Origin: a virus
Taxonomy: Duplodnaviria > Heunggongvirae > Uroviricota > Caudoviricetes
Virus record (IMG/VR): IMGVR_UViG_3300033074_000580
Span: 223,270 to 287,269 of that record
Length of the DNA stretch: 64,000 nucleotides
Reading direction: 5' to 3' (one strand)
Below, piece by piece: positions 30,110 through 38,786 of the stretch. The notes under the pieces were generated by a model that made no database searches, was not told the DNA's origin, and saw only the letters and a program-made list of their open reading frames with translations. Position 1 is the first letter of the stretch. Each line of letters begins with the position of its first letter. The position numbers and the translations under genes were made by a program.

Positions 30110-30666
30110 TAGATAAGGGAAGGTTTAGTTAAAGATTTTACCTGTTCATAATTAACCCATATTACCAATGAAAACCTAGTTCCACCTTCTACCATTGTTA
30201 CCTCGTGTAGGACTTCTGGTTTAAACATAATCGCATTACCGATGGTTCTAATCATTGTGTGTGGTTGATTATCAATTAGGTATCTAAAATCACCACCAAC
30301 ATAATCACTATCGTCACTTAATTGTGTGACGATACAGAAAAATCTCTTTTCCCCTTCAATTGGTAAATCGTTATGGAGAAAAATGAAATTACCCTTTTCA
30401 TATTTCAATATTCCAGCATCTAACTCATCCGCAATAAGTTCATAACCGAAACTATTGATTGAATTGTTTAATTTTTGATAATATGGTGAATCATTTTTTA
30501 ATTTAAAATATGACGCTTTGTTATATCTTTTGTTTTGGATGACAATATCCTCAACTTCACCTAAACCTCTTTTTACTAATAGTTTGGCCTCCATCCATTC
30601 GTCCGCCTTGTTTTTTATATCTTCACATTCATCTTTAGTGAAAACAATACCTTCGTAATTTATCAT
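30109..30666 (-). CDS. 2OG-Fe(II) oxygenase (PKHD/P4H-like)
   Basis: LHND, DYVGGDF and HEVTMVEGGTRFSLVIW. Confidence 0.85.
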   Translation of the reverse strand: MINYEGIVFTKDECEDIKNKADEWMEAKLLVKRGLGEVEDIVIQNKRYNKASYFKLKNDSPYYQKLNNSINSFGYELIADELDAGILKYEKGNFIFLHNDLPIEGEKRFFCIVTQLSDDSDYVGGDFRYLIDNQPHTMIRTIGNAIMFKPEVLHEVTMVEGGTRFSLVIWVNYEQVKSLTKPSLI

Positions 30667-31301
30667 AGTATTGAATTTTGATTGTAAGGACTTTTATTTG
30701 TACCCACCTTTATTTGTTCTAATATCCAATTTGCCAAATCTAAATGACCTTTCTCAGAATAGTGAAAATCAACAACCTCACCATTTGTTTCTTCGGTTAT
30801 TGATTGATATTGTGTGTTGTTGTGCCAAGTCCAATGAATAACTATTGAATCTGATAATGCTCTGTTAATAAGTTTTATCCAACTATCAATTTCTGTTAAC
30901 CATAATTGATTTTCTCTATTGGTGAAAACATCTAAAATAGTTTCGTCTTTTACTCCGTTTACATAAGGTAATCCTCTCGCAACCCTTGAACTTTTAACGG
31001 GTAATGCCGTTCTCCATTTTTGTGTTGCAGTATCAACCAGTCTAAACCTAACAGGTTCACTCCAATTGATAACTATAATATCTTGATTGATTTCGTTTAT
31101 ATTGTTACACAAGGTTTGAAATATTGTGTAATTATCCATTCCGTAACTCTCAGCAAAATTTTTAACAGGTAATCCTAATTGTTCACCTAATATTTCGTGA
31201 TAAGTTTTTGGTACGTATCCTTTCCAATCTGTATATGTGTTATTATTGGAAAGAATACGTTTGTCGGTGAAGCTATCACCAAACACCCAAATATTTTTCA
31301 T
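30663..31301 (-). CDS. SGNH/GDSL-hydrolase-like protein
   Basis: VFGDSFT and DFHYSEKGH; paralog of 29480-30109 (shared WKGYxPKTY and ETNGE). Confidence 0.7.
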   Translation of the reverse strand: MKNIWVFGDSFTDKRILSNNNTYTDWKGYVPKTYHEILGEQLGLPVKNFAESYGMDNYTIFQTLCNNINEINQDIIVINWSEPVRFRLVDTATQKWRTALPVKSSRVARGLPYVNGVKDETILDVFTNRENQLWLTEIDSWIKLINRALSDSIVIHWTWHNNTQYQSITEETNGEVVDFHYSEKGHLDLANWILEQIKVGTNKSPYNQNSIL

Positions 31302-31310
31302 AACATTCTA

Positions 31311-31457
31311 TTAAGAGTGTGCGTTCTTCAAATATTGAATAAAATTACTTACAACTGTGTTTACTTTTTGTTTTTTAGTTGCATCCGTTAACAAAGTAAG
31401 TGTTCTTGTTTGTGATTGGACTAAAGTAATTTTTTTGTAAATTGTCTTTGATGCCAT
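31311..31457 (-). CDS. Small ORF, 48 aa (MASKTIYKKITLVQSQTRTLTLLTDATKKQKVNTVVSNFIQYLKNAHS)
   Basis: Translated by hand; fills the gap between flanking genes exactly. Absent from the ORF track. Confidence 0.6.
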   Translation of the reverse strand: MASKTIYKKITLVQSQTRTLTLLTDATKKQKVNTVVSNFIQYLKNAHS

Positions 31458-31463
31458 GGTATA

Positions 31464-33356
31464 TTATTTGTTGTGTACTAATATGTTATTTGCGTAGAAA
31501 TTGTGATTATCTGCTACGGTTATGATGTAAGTTTGAGTGTCAACTTCAGGTAATCTTTGTAATTTATTCAATACTGATGTTGTACCATCATATAAATTAA
31601 CCACATCGTCACTTTCAAGTGCTTTAATATCTCTACCTAAATTATATCTTTGAATTGTTAATCCTGGGTGATATGATGCCAAATTTAAACCATTTACATA
31701 TATCGGATGGTCTTGTGTACATGTTAATGTTAACATAACATCTTCCTCTCTAGGTTCAGTTGCCTTAATGAGTACTTTATCGAATGTATATTTTACCAAA
31801 TCATTATGAATTGGTTGTTTTAAATCGATTACCTCTTTAGGTTCAATTTCGTTTGTTGTTTCATTATATGACATTACTTGGTCACCAATTTGTACATCCT
31901 CAATGTTCTTCTCTGTACCATCAGCCATTCTTACTTTGGTACCTGCCTTAAAGCAACTACCTGAAATACCTAAGTTGTGAGTAATATAGAATGTTAATAA
32001 GTTACCGTTACTTAAAATAAAGTTATCGACATCTTCCATGTTCATGTTGTATATTGGTTGTTCTTCGTCGTAAATATTTAAATTTATTTGACTTATTGGA
32101 TTTAATCCCGTTTGACCAATTACTGAGTAATTACTGTTTAATTCAGATACTCTAACGTATTGGATTTTATCTTCTAATTGATTGTAAACCAACATTCTTG
32201 CTTCACCACCAATCACAATATCAGAACCGTCTTGGAATACAATTTCTGTCATGTCATTTGCAAATGTTGTTGCTTCGAATTTACCTACCAATACAGATGA
32301 AGTTAAATAAGAACCTTCAGGTAATGTTGAACCTGTAACATACCATTGTCTCAACACATCATAATCATCGGTATTAGGTGAACCCGCAACATAATACGAT
32401 TTGTATGTGTTACCTAAAACAACATCTTTAACTTGAACCTCATTTCCATCAACATCTAAAATGGTTTCATTTTCTAAAAGTCCGTGGTTTGTGTTTTTAA
32501 TTGTATTGGTCGCGTATTCGTAATAATGTTTACTTTCGATTAAATTATCAATACGACTATCGTCATATGTAATTGATGTTGGTAAGTCTAATACTGAATC
32601 AATTTCATATTGTGCAACATAACATACATCTAAATTAGACCCATATACAATTTGGAAACTACGGATAGAACTTACAGTTCCTTTTGTAATTTGTGATTGT
32701 GGGATGTGGTATTGTTGTAAAATATTGTCAGATGTTGCAATTCTGTCAATGAAACTTTCATATCTCACTAAAGAACCCGAATCTGAATTACCTATTTTAT
32801 AGAACTTATGCGGTTGGTGCGCTTCCAACACTGTTTTTGTAACAATATCGGGTAAATTACTACCGTTAAATTGGTTAGTATCTAAAGTATTGTAACTACC
32901 GTAATATGATGATGAGTGGTAGAAATTTGTAATAGAACCACTATCACCAGCATCGGCAAATAGTTTTAATAGGTTTAATGTTCCTTTAGCATATTCGGAG
33001 TCCAAAATAGCCGACTCATCATAAGCAAATCTAATGATAAACTTGTTTGTCGAATCTGTTGGTGATGTTGGAAATATGGAATCTGCGGCAACTATGTGTT
33101 CGGTAAAAGAGGTGATAAACGGTGCATTTGCCGTTAATGCCTCTGATAAACTTGAAATGATATCTTTTTGGATGTCATATTTGTACACCACTTCCACCTC
33201 CGTAATATTATTTGCACTTAACACACTAATAAAGTCGGTCCAATCAAAAACCCACTTTTGTGACTCCAATATACCAGTATCGGTGTTAATTTCAATTAGA
33301 CGTAGATTGTCGTCCTTGTCTGTTACGAAATCCGCCGAAAAAAAAGTTCCTTTCAT
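31464..33356 (-). CDS. Circularly permuted ATP-grasp-like protein fused to two tandem Hint (intein-like) domains
   Basis: N-terminal SADF...LIEINTDT, then IVTK and LQQY. Degenerate Hint at aa ~292-461 ending THN; intact Hint at aa 468-629 (CFKAGT...TQDHP...LVHN-K-stop). Confidence 0.7.
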   Translation of the reverse strand: MKGTFFSADFVTDKDDNLRLIEINTDTGILESQKWVFDWTDFISVLSANNITEVEVVYKYDIQKDIISSLSEALTANAPFITSFTEHIVAADSIFPTSPTDSTNKFIIRFAYDESAILDSEYAKGTLNLLKLFADAGDSGSITNFYHSSSYYGSYNTLDTNQFNGSNLPDIVTKTVLEAHQPHKFYKIGNSDSGSLVRYESFIDRIATSDNILQQYHIPQSQITKGTVSSIRSFQIVYGSNLDVCYVAQYEIDSVLDLPTSITYDDSRIDNLIESKHYYEYATNTIKNTNHGLLENETILDVDGNEVQVKDVVLGNTYKSYYVAGSPNTDDYDVLRQWYVTGSTLPEGSYLTSSVLVGKFEATTFANDMTEIVFQDGSDIVIGGEARMLVYNQLEDKIQYVRVSELNSNYSVIGQTGLNPISQINLNIYDEEQPIYNMNMEDVDNFILSNGNLLTFYITHNLGISGSCFKAGTKVRMADGTEKNIEDVQIGDQVMSYNETTNEIEPKEVIDLKQPIHNDLVKYTFDKVLIKATEPREEDVMLTLTCTQDHPIYVNGLNLASYHPGLTIQRYNLGRDIKALESDDVVNLYDGTTSVLNKLQRLPEVDTQTYIITVADNHNFYANNILVHNK

Positions 33357-33379
33357 ATATATAAAATATTTTACTAACT

Positions 33380-33387
33380 ATAAATAC
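33380..33387 (-). promoter_or_regulatory. GTATTTAT motif (candidate late promoter) upstream of the ATP-grasp/Hint gene
   Basis: AAGTATTTATAG, identical over 12 nt to the copy at about 57643. Confidence 0.55.
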
Positions 33388-33416
33388 TTATTATCCCATT
33401 TAAATTTAACATTATA

Positions 33417-33444
33417 AGTATACGAAATCCTGAGGAAGAATCAA
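33417..33444 (-). promoter_or_regulatory. Sigma70-like promoter TTGATT-N16-TATACT
   Basis: Intergenic; shares TTTCGTATA with the 49228-49255 copy. Confidence 0.4.
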
Positions 33445-33447
33445 TTC

Positions 33448-33657
33448 TTAGTCCCTTTTTATTCCGTATTTTATCCATTTATACCACACTCTTTCATGTA
33501 AAAAATAGATAATGGGTTTAATTATTAACTCACCCAATCCAACTAAACCCGCCCATTTAATTGGTAAACCGGCACATGTTGCCAATATGACGGTAGTTAT
33601 CGTACCAATTATTCTGTAGCTAATGGTTTTAGCTAAATGTCGTTTATAGTGAACCAT
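33448..33657 (-). CDS. DUF2061 small membrane protein
   Basis: RHLAKTISYRIIGT...YFLHERVW. Start at M7 avoids most of the overlap with the upstream gene. Confidence 0.85.
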   Translation of the reverse strand: MVHYKRHLAKTISYRIIGTITTVILATCAGLPIKWAGLVGLGELIIKPIIYFLHERVWYKWIKYGIKRD

Positions 33658-33985
33658 TTCTAATGTTTGTTCCACTTATTACTGCAATTTCGGGTGGTGG
33701 TTCGTGATAGATAACTTCATAACCCACACCTCGACCGTAGTTTACTGATTCAATGTCGGGAATTACTGAAATGAACAATTTACCCGTTTGTAATAAATCA
33801 CTCAATTCTACTTTTAAATTATCAAAAACCTCTTTTGATGTTTTGGGATTGTTTTCGTCAACCTCCACATCTCTAATAGCTATCCAAACGTTTTTACCTT
33901 TGTTTAATTGTTGGTCAATTAACCATCTGTGTCCTTCGTGCCATGTCTGCCATCTTCCGATGAACAATGCATACTTTTTACTCAT
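33644..33985 (-). CDS. Minimal HxGH nucleotidyltransferase (cytidylyltransferase-like)
   Basis: FIGRWQTWHEGH and C-terminal ISGTNIR (KMSKS-equivalent). Confidence 0.8.
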   Translation of the reverse strand: MSKKYALFIGRWQTWHEGHRWLIDQQLNKGKNVWIAIRDVEVDENNPKTSKEVFDNLKVELSDLLQTGKLFISVIPDIESVNYGRGVGYEVIYHEPPPEIAVISGTNIRNGSL

Positions 33986-34419
33986 ATATTTAATTTTCTT
34001 CTTAGATTTAGGAATGTATTATATTCTGTACTTTTTGTTGTGTCACAGTCTATGAAGTTTTCTATTGGTGGTTCATAATCTACGACGTGAAATTTCTCCT
34101 TACCTCTTTCCTCGGTTGTATGTACATAAATTTCAGTTAGGTTTTCACCCATTTTTTGTTTGAATTCTTCTCTTTGTTCTTTGTATGGTGACACAAAAGA
34201 AACAACCACGGTATTCCCTTTATGGTGTAGAAATTGAGCAATGTTTTGTGCCCTTTCAACATTTTTTATCCTACCCTCCCTACTAAAGTCTTTGTCTTGG
34301 AAACAATCTCTCAAATCATCACCATCGATGTGTACACTTTTAGATGGGAACGATGCCATTATCCATGTTGCTAAGGTAGTTTTACCTGCTCCGGGTTGAC
34401 CGGTTAACCAATATATCAT
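33982..34419 (-). CDS. cysC: Adenylyl-sulfate (APS) kinase
   Basis: WLTGQPGAGKTT P-loop, IDGDDLR, VVSFVSPY and YEPP. Confidence 0.9.
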   Translation of the reverse strand: MIYWLTGQPGAGKTTLATWIMASFPSKSVHIDGDDLRDCFQDKDFSREGRIKNVERAQNIAQFLHHKGNTVVVSFVSPYKEQREEFKQKMGENLTEIYVHTTEERGKEKFHVVDYEPPIENFIDCDTTKSTEYNTFLNLRRKLNI

Positions 34420-34424
34420 ATTAT

Positions 34425-34453
34425 AATATAATAAAAAAATTCGAAAAGTCCAA
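34425..34453 (-). promoter_or_regulatory. Sigma70-like promoter TTGGAC-N17-TATATT upstream of cysC
   Basis: Lies in the intergenic gap with a 17-bp spacer, 5 nt before the ATG. Confidence 0.55.
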
Positions 34454-34456
34454 ATT

Positions 34457-34573
34457 TTAATGATTATAAATGAAAGGGTCTCTTTTTTTAAGTTCTTCTA
34501 ATTTTTTCTTAAATCTTTTTTTTCTTTTCCTCTCTTCAATTAGGTTGAGAATCCATTGTATCAATCTTTTCAT
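34457..34573 (-). CDS. Small basic ORF, 38 aa (MKRLIQWILNLIEERKRKKRFKKKLEELKKRDPFIYNH)
   Basis: Translated by hand; starts 2 nt after the carbamoyltransferase stop. Absent from the ORF track. Confidence 0.65.
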   Translation of the reverse strand: MKRLIQWILNLIEERKRKKRFKKKLEELKKRDPFIYNH

Positions 34574-34575
34574 AA

Positions 34576-36243
34576 CTATTTGTATAATAAGTAATTACCT
34601 ATTAAAAGGAAGTCCATTTCTGTTTCATAAAACATATCGACAGCATCTTTTGGTGTTAAAACCATGGTCTTATCTTTAACGTTCATAGATGTGTTTAACA
34701 ATATAGGATAACCTGTTTGTCTTTCGAATTCTTTCAATATTGAATGTACGAAAGTGTTCTTATAAACAGTTTGTATTCTGGCACTTCCGTCAATATGTGT
34801 AATTGCGGGTAGTTTATCTTTATATTCAGACTTAACTTGAACCACTTGATTCATATATGGCACATCATCAGTAACGTGAAAATATATGTGTTGTGATTCT
34901 TTTGTCACCATCGGTCCAAAAGGTCTAAAGTTTTCTCTTTTTTTGATGACTTTGTTGATTTTGTCTTTCATTTCAGGTCTTGTGGGGTCAGCAAGAATAC
35001 TACGATTACCTAACGCCCTTGCACCAAATTCGATGTGACCGTGAAAACATCCCACAACCTTACCGTCTTTTAAAAGTTTTGCAACATTCCTAAATAAAGT
35101 TTCTTCTGTTTTGAATTTTAAGTATTTCCTATTCTTTATTGCAGTTAAAATGTCGTTATAGAAAAACTCTGGACCCATAAATGGGTTTTTAGTAATTCTA
35201 TCTTTTAATAATTTATTCTTAACCAAATAATGTAAACAAGCACCAACACAAGAACCGGCATCTGAAGGTGCGGGTGGAATCCATAGATTGTTAAAGTGTG
35301 AATTTTTTACTATTTTACCATTTAAGGTTCCGTTATATGCACAACCACCACCTAAACAAAGATTACCATTATCGTTTATGATTGATATTGCTTTTATTAT
35401 TTTAAAGAAAATCTCTTCGTATACTTTTTGAATCCCCGCAGCTAAATCCATATGATATGGTTCTATCGACTCATCGGGTAATCTGGGGTCCATGTCTAAT
35501 AGTTCGGATAATTTATAATTAAACATTTCGTTGGTTGATTTATCCCAACTGAACACATTCATATTACATTCTAACTTACTATTTTTAAATGAAATTAACT
35601 GTTCTATTTTATCCTTATAAACATTTGGATTACCGTATGGTGCCAATCCCATCACTTTATATTCACCTTCATTTGGTTTAAATCCTAAAAATGACGTCAT
35701 TGCAGAATAAAATAAACCAACAGAGTGTGGGTAGGTTGCCATTGGGATATAGTTAATTCCAAATTTGTCTGCTAACCCCATAGACAATGTATCTTCTTCC
35801 CCGACACCATCAACCGATAGTACTATTGAACTATCGAAATTAGATGTATAAAATGAATAATATTGGTGTGATAGATGATGTTCAGAATAAAAGATATTAT
35901 CCCCATATTGTGACAATTTCTTTTTTAAATCCCAAGTATTCTTCTTTATCTTTATTAACGATTTTAATGAATATAATGGATTTTTAAATAATTGTGGTTT
36001 GATGTTATTAAGAACTCTCTTTAGTTTTAACTTTGGGTCTTCATAATAACAAATCATTTCAACATCTTTTTTAGTTATTTTAAATTTCTTAAAGATGTAG
36101 TCTAATGTATTAACGGGAAATGAGCTGTCGTGTTTTATTCCTGTAAACTTTTCTTCCTCACACGCAAAAATAAGTTGTCCATTTCTAAATAAACAAGCCG
36201 ATGAATCATGATAATAAGCTGATATTCCAATTACATACCCCAT
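34576..36243 (-). CDS. O-carbamoyltransferase (NodU/CmcH/TobZ family)
   Basis: GISAYYHDSSA, EHHLSH, DGVGE, EYKVMGLAPYG, LGGGCAYN, GARALGNRSIL, RENFRPF and LLNTS. Confidence 0.95.
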   Translation of the reverse strand: MGYVIGISAYYHDSSACLFRNGQLIFACEEEKFTGIKHDSSFPVNTLDYIFKKFKITKKDVEMICYYEDPKLKLKRVLNNIKPQLFKNPLYSLKSLIKIKKNTWDLKKKLSQYGDNIFYSEHHLSHQYYSFYTSNFDSSIVLSVDGVGEEDTLSMGLADKFGINYIPMATYPHSVGLFYSAMTSFLGFKPNEGEYKVMGLAPYGNPNVYKDKIEQLISFKNSKLECNMNVFSWDKSTNEMFNYKLSELLDMDPRLPDESIEPYHMDLAAGIQKVYEEIFFKIIKAISIINDNGNLCLGGGCAYNGTLNGKIVKNSHFNNLWIPPAPSDAGSCVGACLHYLVKNKLLKDRITKNPFMGPEFFYNDILTAIKNRKYLKFKTEETLFRNVAKLLKDGKVVGCFHGHIEFGARALGNRSILADPTRPEMKDKINKVIKKRENFRPFGPMVTKESQHIYFHVTDDVPYMNQVVQVKSEYKDKLPAITHIDGSARIQTVYKNTFVHSILKEFERQTGYPILLNTSMNVKDKTMVLTPKDAVDMFYETEMDFLLIGNYLLYK

Positions 36244-36264
36244 TAGTTATAATTATCCTAAAAA

Positions 36265-37497
36265 TCATTTAAAACTCTCCTCCAACCATGGACATACTTC
36301 TCTGTAGTCGGTGTTATTTATTTCATCAAATCTCTTTAAAGTTTCCTCTAAAGAAATGTTCATATATTGTTTCTTGGACATTAAATGATTGTAAACTTCC
36401 TCGTCATTTGTCACCTTCAAATAGTTAATAAAATCATTTAAAAGTCGAGTTAATAGGTGGATATTATCGTATTTTAAATTATTCAGCCCATTCTGATAAA
36501 ACTCAACTAAACCTTTTTTAGTCTCTTCACTTAAAGCACCCGGTGCAAAATAAAACGGTTGGGTTACTGTATGAAATCTTATGTTATTTGGGTGTAGGTA
36601 TTGACTACCAACATATTCAATAAAATCAAACGAATGATACATATTGATTGTTGATATTGTATAATCTATTTGAATAATAAAGTTCGGGTGTTGATTTTTA
36701 AAATCCACTAATGTTCTTAAATTTTTAAAGAATCTATCTGAATTAAATCCAGGTCTTTGATACTCACCTATTTTACCATAACCGTCACATGAACAAGATA
36801 TGTTAATGAATTTAAATTTCTTTAACTTATCTAATATGTTAATTCCTTTATATGTTAGAGTCGATAAATTTGTGTTTATCAAAACCGTTACTTTACTAGC
36901 TTGTTCATCTGTAAATTTATCTAATAATTCAAATGTGGATGGTGTTATGAAAGGTTCTCCACCTGCAAGATAAATTTTACGAATTGTGTTAATATTCTCG
37001 TCTGAAAATTTACTAATACCATTCTCCCCCGCAGTTATAATTCTTGGATTTTCGTTTTGATATTCAGGTTTATCCAGAATATAACCCCAATAATCATACC
37101 AACTCGATGAAGAACCATGATAACACATTCTACATCTAAAATTACAATGATTTGAAAGTCTTAAATCCGTATAAACAATTTTGTTTACACTATAATCGTC
37201 ATTAACTAAATCGGGTTCCTGTATCTGTTGATGAAACTCCTGATTGATGTTGGTACGATGAACATTTTTATAGATAAAACATTCGGCACATTCTGTTGGT
37301 TGTTTTCCATCCAACATTTCTTTTCTAATCCTTTTATATGGTTCACTATTGATTACCTCATCCACAGTATTGAAATCTTTAAAGTTTATATTTTCTTTAA
37401 ATGGATATGCGATACAACATGGATGTAATGTACCATCTGGAAACACATAAATCGACCCAAAGGGTAAATAACAAAATGTTTCAGGATTTATTTTCAC
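36265..37497 (-). CDS. Radical SAM enzyme with N-terminal twitch/SPASM domain (subgroup B)
   Basis: FCYLPF...HPCC...CAEC; CNFRCRMC; AGGEP. Confidence 0.9.
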   Translation of the reverse strand: MKINPETFCYLPFGSIYVFPDGTLHPCCIAYPFKENINFKDFNTVDEVINSEPYKRIRKEMLDGKQPTECAECFIYKNVHRTNINQEFHQQIQEPDLVNDDYSVNKIVYTDLRLSNHCNFRCRMCYHGSSSSWYDYWGYILDKPEYQNENPRIITAGENGISKFSDENINTIRKIYLAGGEPFITPSTFELLDKFTDEQASKVTVLINTNLSTLTYKGINILDKLKKFKFINISCSCDGYGKIGEYQRPGFNSDRFFKNLRTLVDFKNQHPNFIIQIDYTISTINMYHSFDFIEYVGSQYLHPNNIRFHTVTQPFYFAPGALSEETKKGLVEFYQNGLNNLKYDNIHLLTRLLNDFINYLKVTNDEEVYNHLMSKKQYMNISLEETLKRFDEINNTDYREVCPWLEESFK

Positions 37498-38786
37498 TAT
37501 ATTAAATTTACAACAGGTTTAGTTTCTTGTTTTGGATTGAAGTCTTGGAATTCTGTAAACACTCCAAAGAAGTCATCACCTCTATATGTGTCAACAACAT
37601 CGGTCATTTTAAGGAAGTGTTGAAATTCCTCCTCAGAACGGTCTTGGTTAAGTAATCCAAGTATAAACTCAAACTGTTCGATATCTTTTTGTGCCTCATT
37701 ATCATATGGATAAGTTTCTCTAATCCAATCCATAATTTTTGCGTATTTTTCTCTTAAGATAACCTTATGATTTTCAGGTAAATTACGAATCTGCATATGT
37801 GCCGGATGTGTTAATAGATTAACATGCATATGTCCCGTTTTAATATAACCCGCAGTAACAAACTCTTTGTATAAATCAATAATGGTGTAACTATTCATGA
37901 TATTGATGGTGGGGACAATAGCAAAATAGATATCAGGTAATTCTCTTAGAATATCAATTCTATTTTGTACAACTTGTGACCATTTTGAACCATTTCTTAG
38001 ATATTCACCTCTTGCGCCATATCCATCAATACTTGCAGTAACCTCAATACGTTTAAAGTGTTTCCACATTTCAACAAGATTATAGTTTTTATATTGAATC
38101 TTTGTTAAATTAGTGGTAATCCAAATTGAAATGTTTTTGGCGTAACCCTTATCGATACAATATTGTAAAATTTCGTAGTGTTTATCTTGTGTTAATGGTT
38201 CACCACCAGCAAAGAATAAAACATCTACATTATGTAATTGACTTAGGATAAATTCGTAGTCATCACTATCAATTGACTGACTATATGGTTGTCCCAAATC
38301 TTTAAAATTGGTGAAACCCAATTCCTTATATTCTTTATATAAAGACGAGGAGTAACTTGGATTACAGATACGACACTTTAAATTACATTTATTATCAAAA
38401 CGTAAGTCAATCATTTTAAAGTTAACTTCTTTTAATGAAAAATCGTCATTCGTATTTGCAACAATGTCATCGATATATTTCATAAAATGATTATTCAAAT
38501 TGTAACGATAACTGTCAGTTATACTCTTACCTTTGGATACTTCTTCTCTGTACCAACAAATTTGGCACGCATCTATTTTTTCACCATTCCATAAAGCTCT
38601 TCTTACTTCTTTGGCAACATCTGAATTATATGCGTCCTTAATTGGTATACCTTGTTTTAATTGTCCAAATACTTGGTGGTCTTCTTGTTTATAAAGACAA
38701 CAAGGGATTATGTTACCAAATGTACTTAAATGTGTGGACACCCACGGTGCCACACAAAAGGTTTCTTCATTAAAATTCTTATCCAT
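37497..38786 (-). CDS. Radical SAM enzyme with N-terminal twitch/SPASM domain (subgroup B)
   Basis: FCVAPW...IPCC...CQIC; CNLKCRIC; AGGEP. Confidence 0.9.
   Translation of the reverse strand: MDKNFNEETFCVAPWVSTHLSTFGNIIPCCLYKQEDHQVFGQLKQGIPIKDAYNSDVAKEVRRALWNGEKIDACQICWYREEVSKGKSITDSYRYNLNNHFMKYIDDIVANTNDDFSLKEVNFKMIDLRFDNKCNLKCRICNPSYSSSLYKEYKELGFTNFKDLGQPYSQSIDSDDYEFILSQLHNVDVLFFAGGEPLTQDKHYEILQYCIDKGYAKNISIWITTNLTKIQYKNYNLVEMWKHFKRIEVTASIDGYGARGEYLRNGSKWSQVVQNRIDILRELPDIYFAIVPTINIMNSYTIIDLYKEFVTAGYIKTGHMHVNLLTHPAHMQIRNLPENHKVILREKYAKIMDWIRETYPYDNEAQKDIEQFEFILGLLNQDRSEEEFQHFLKMTDVVDTYRGDDFFGVFTEFQDFNPKQETKPVVNLI

Noticed and set aside
31470-32483. Classical mobile inteins with homing endonuclease
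   Set aside because: No LAGLIDADG or HNH domain, no nucleophilic +1 residue (Leu and Lys), and the last Hint has no C-extein.
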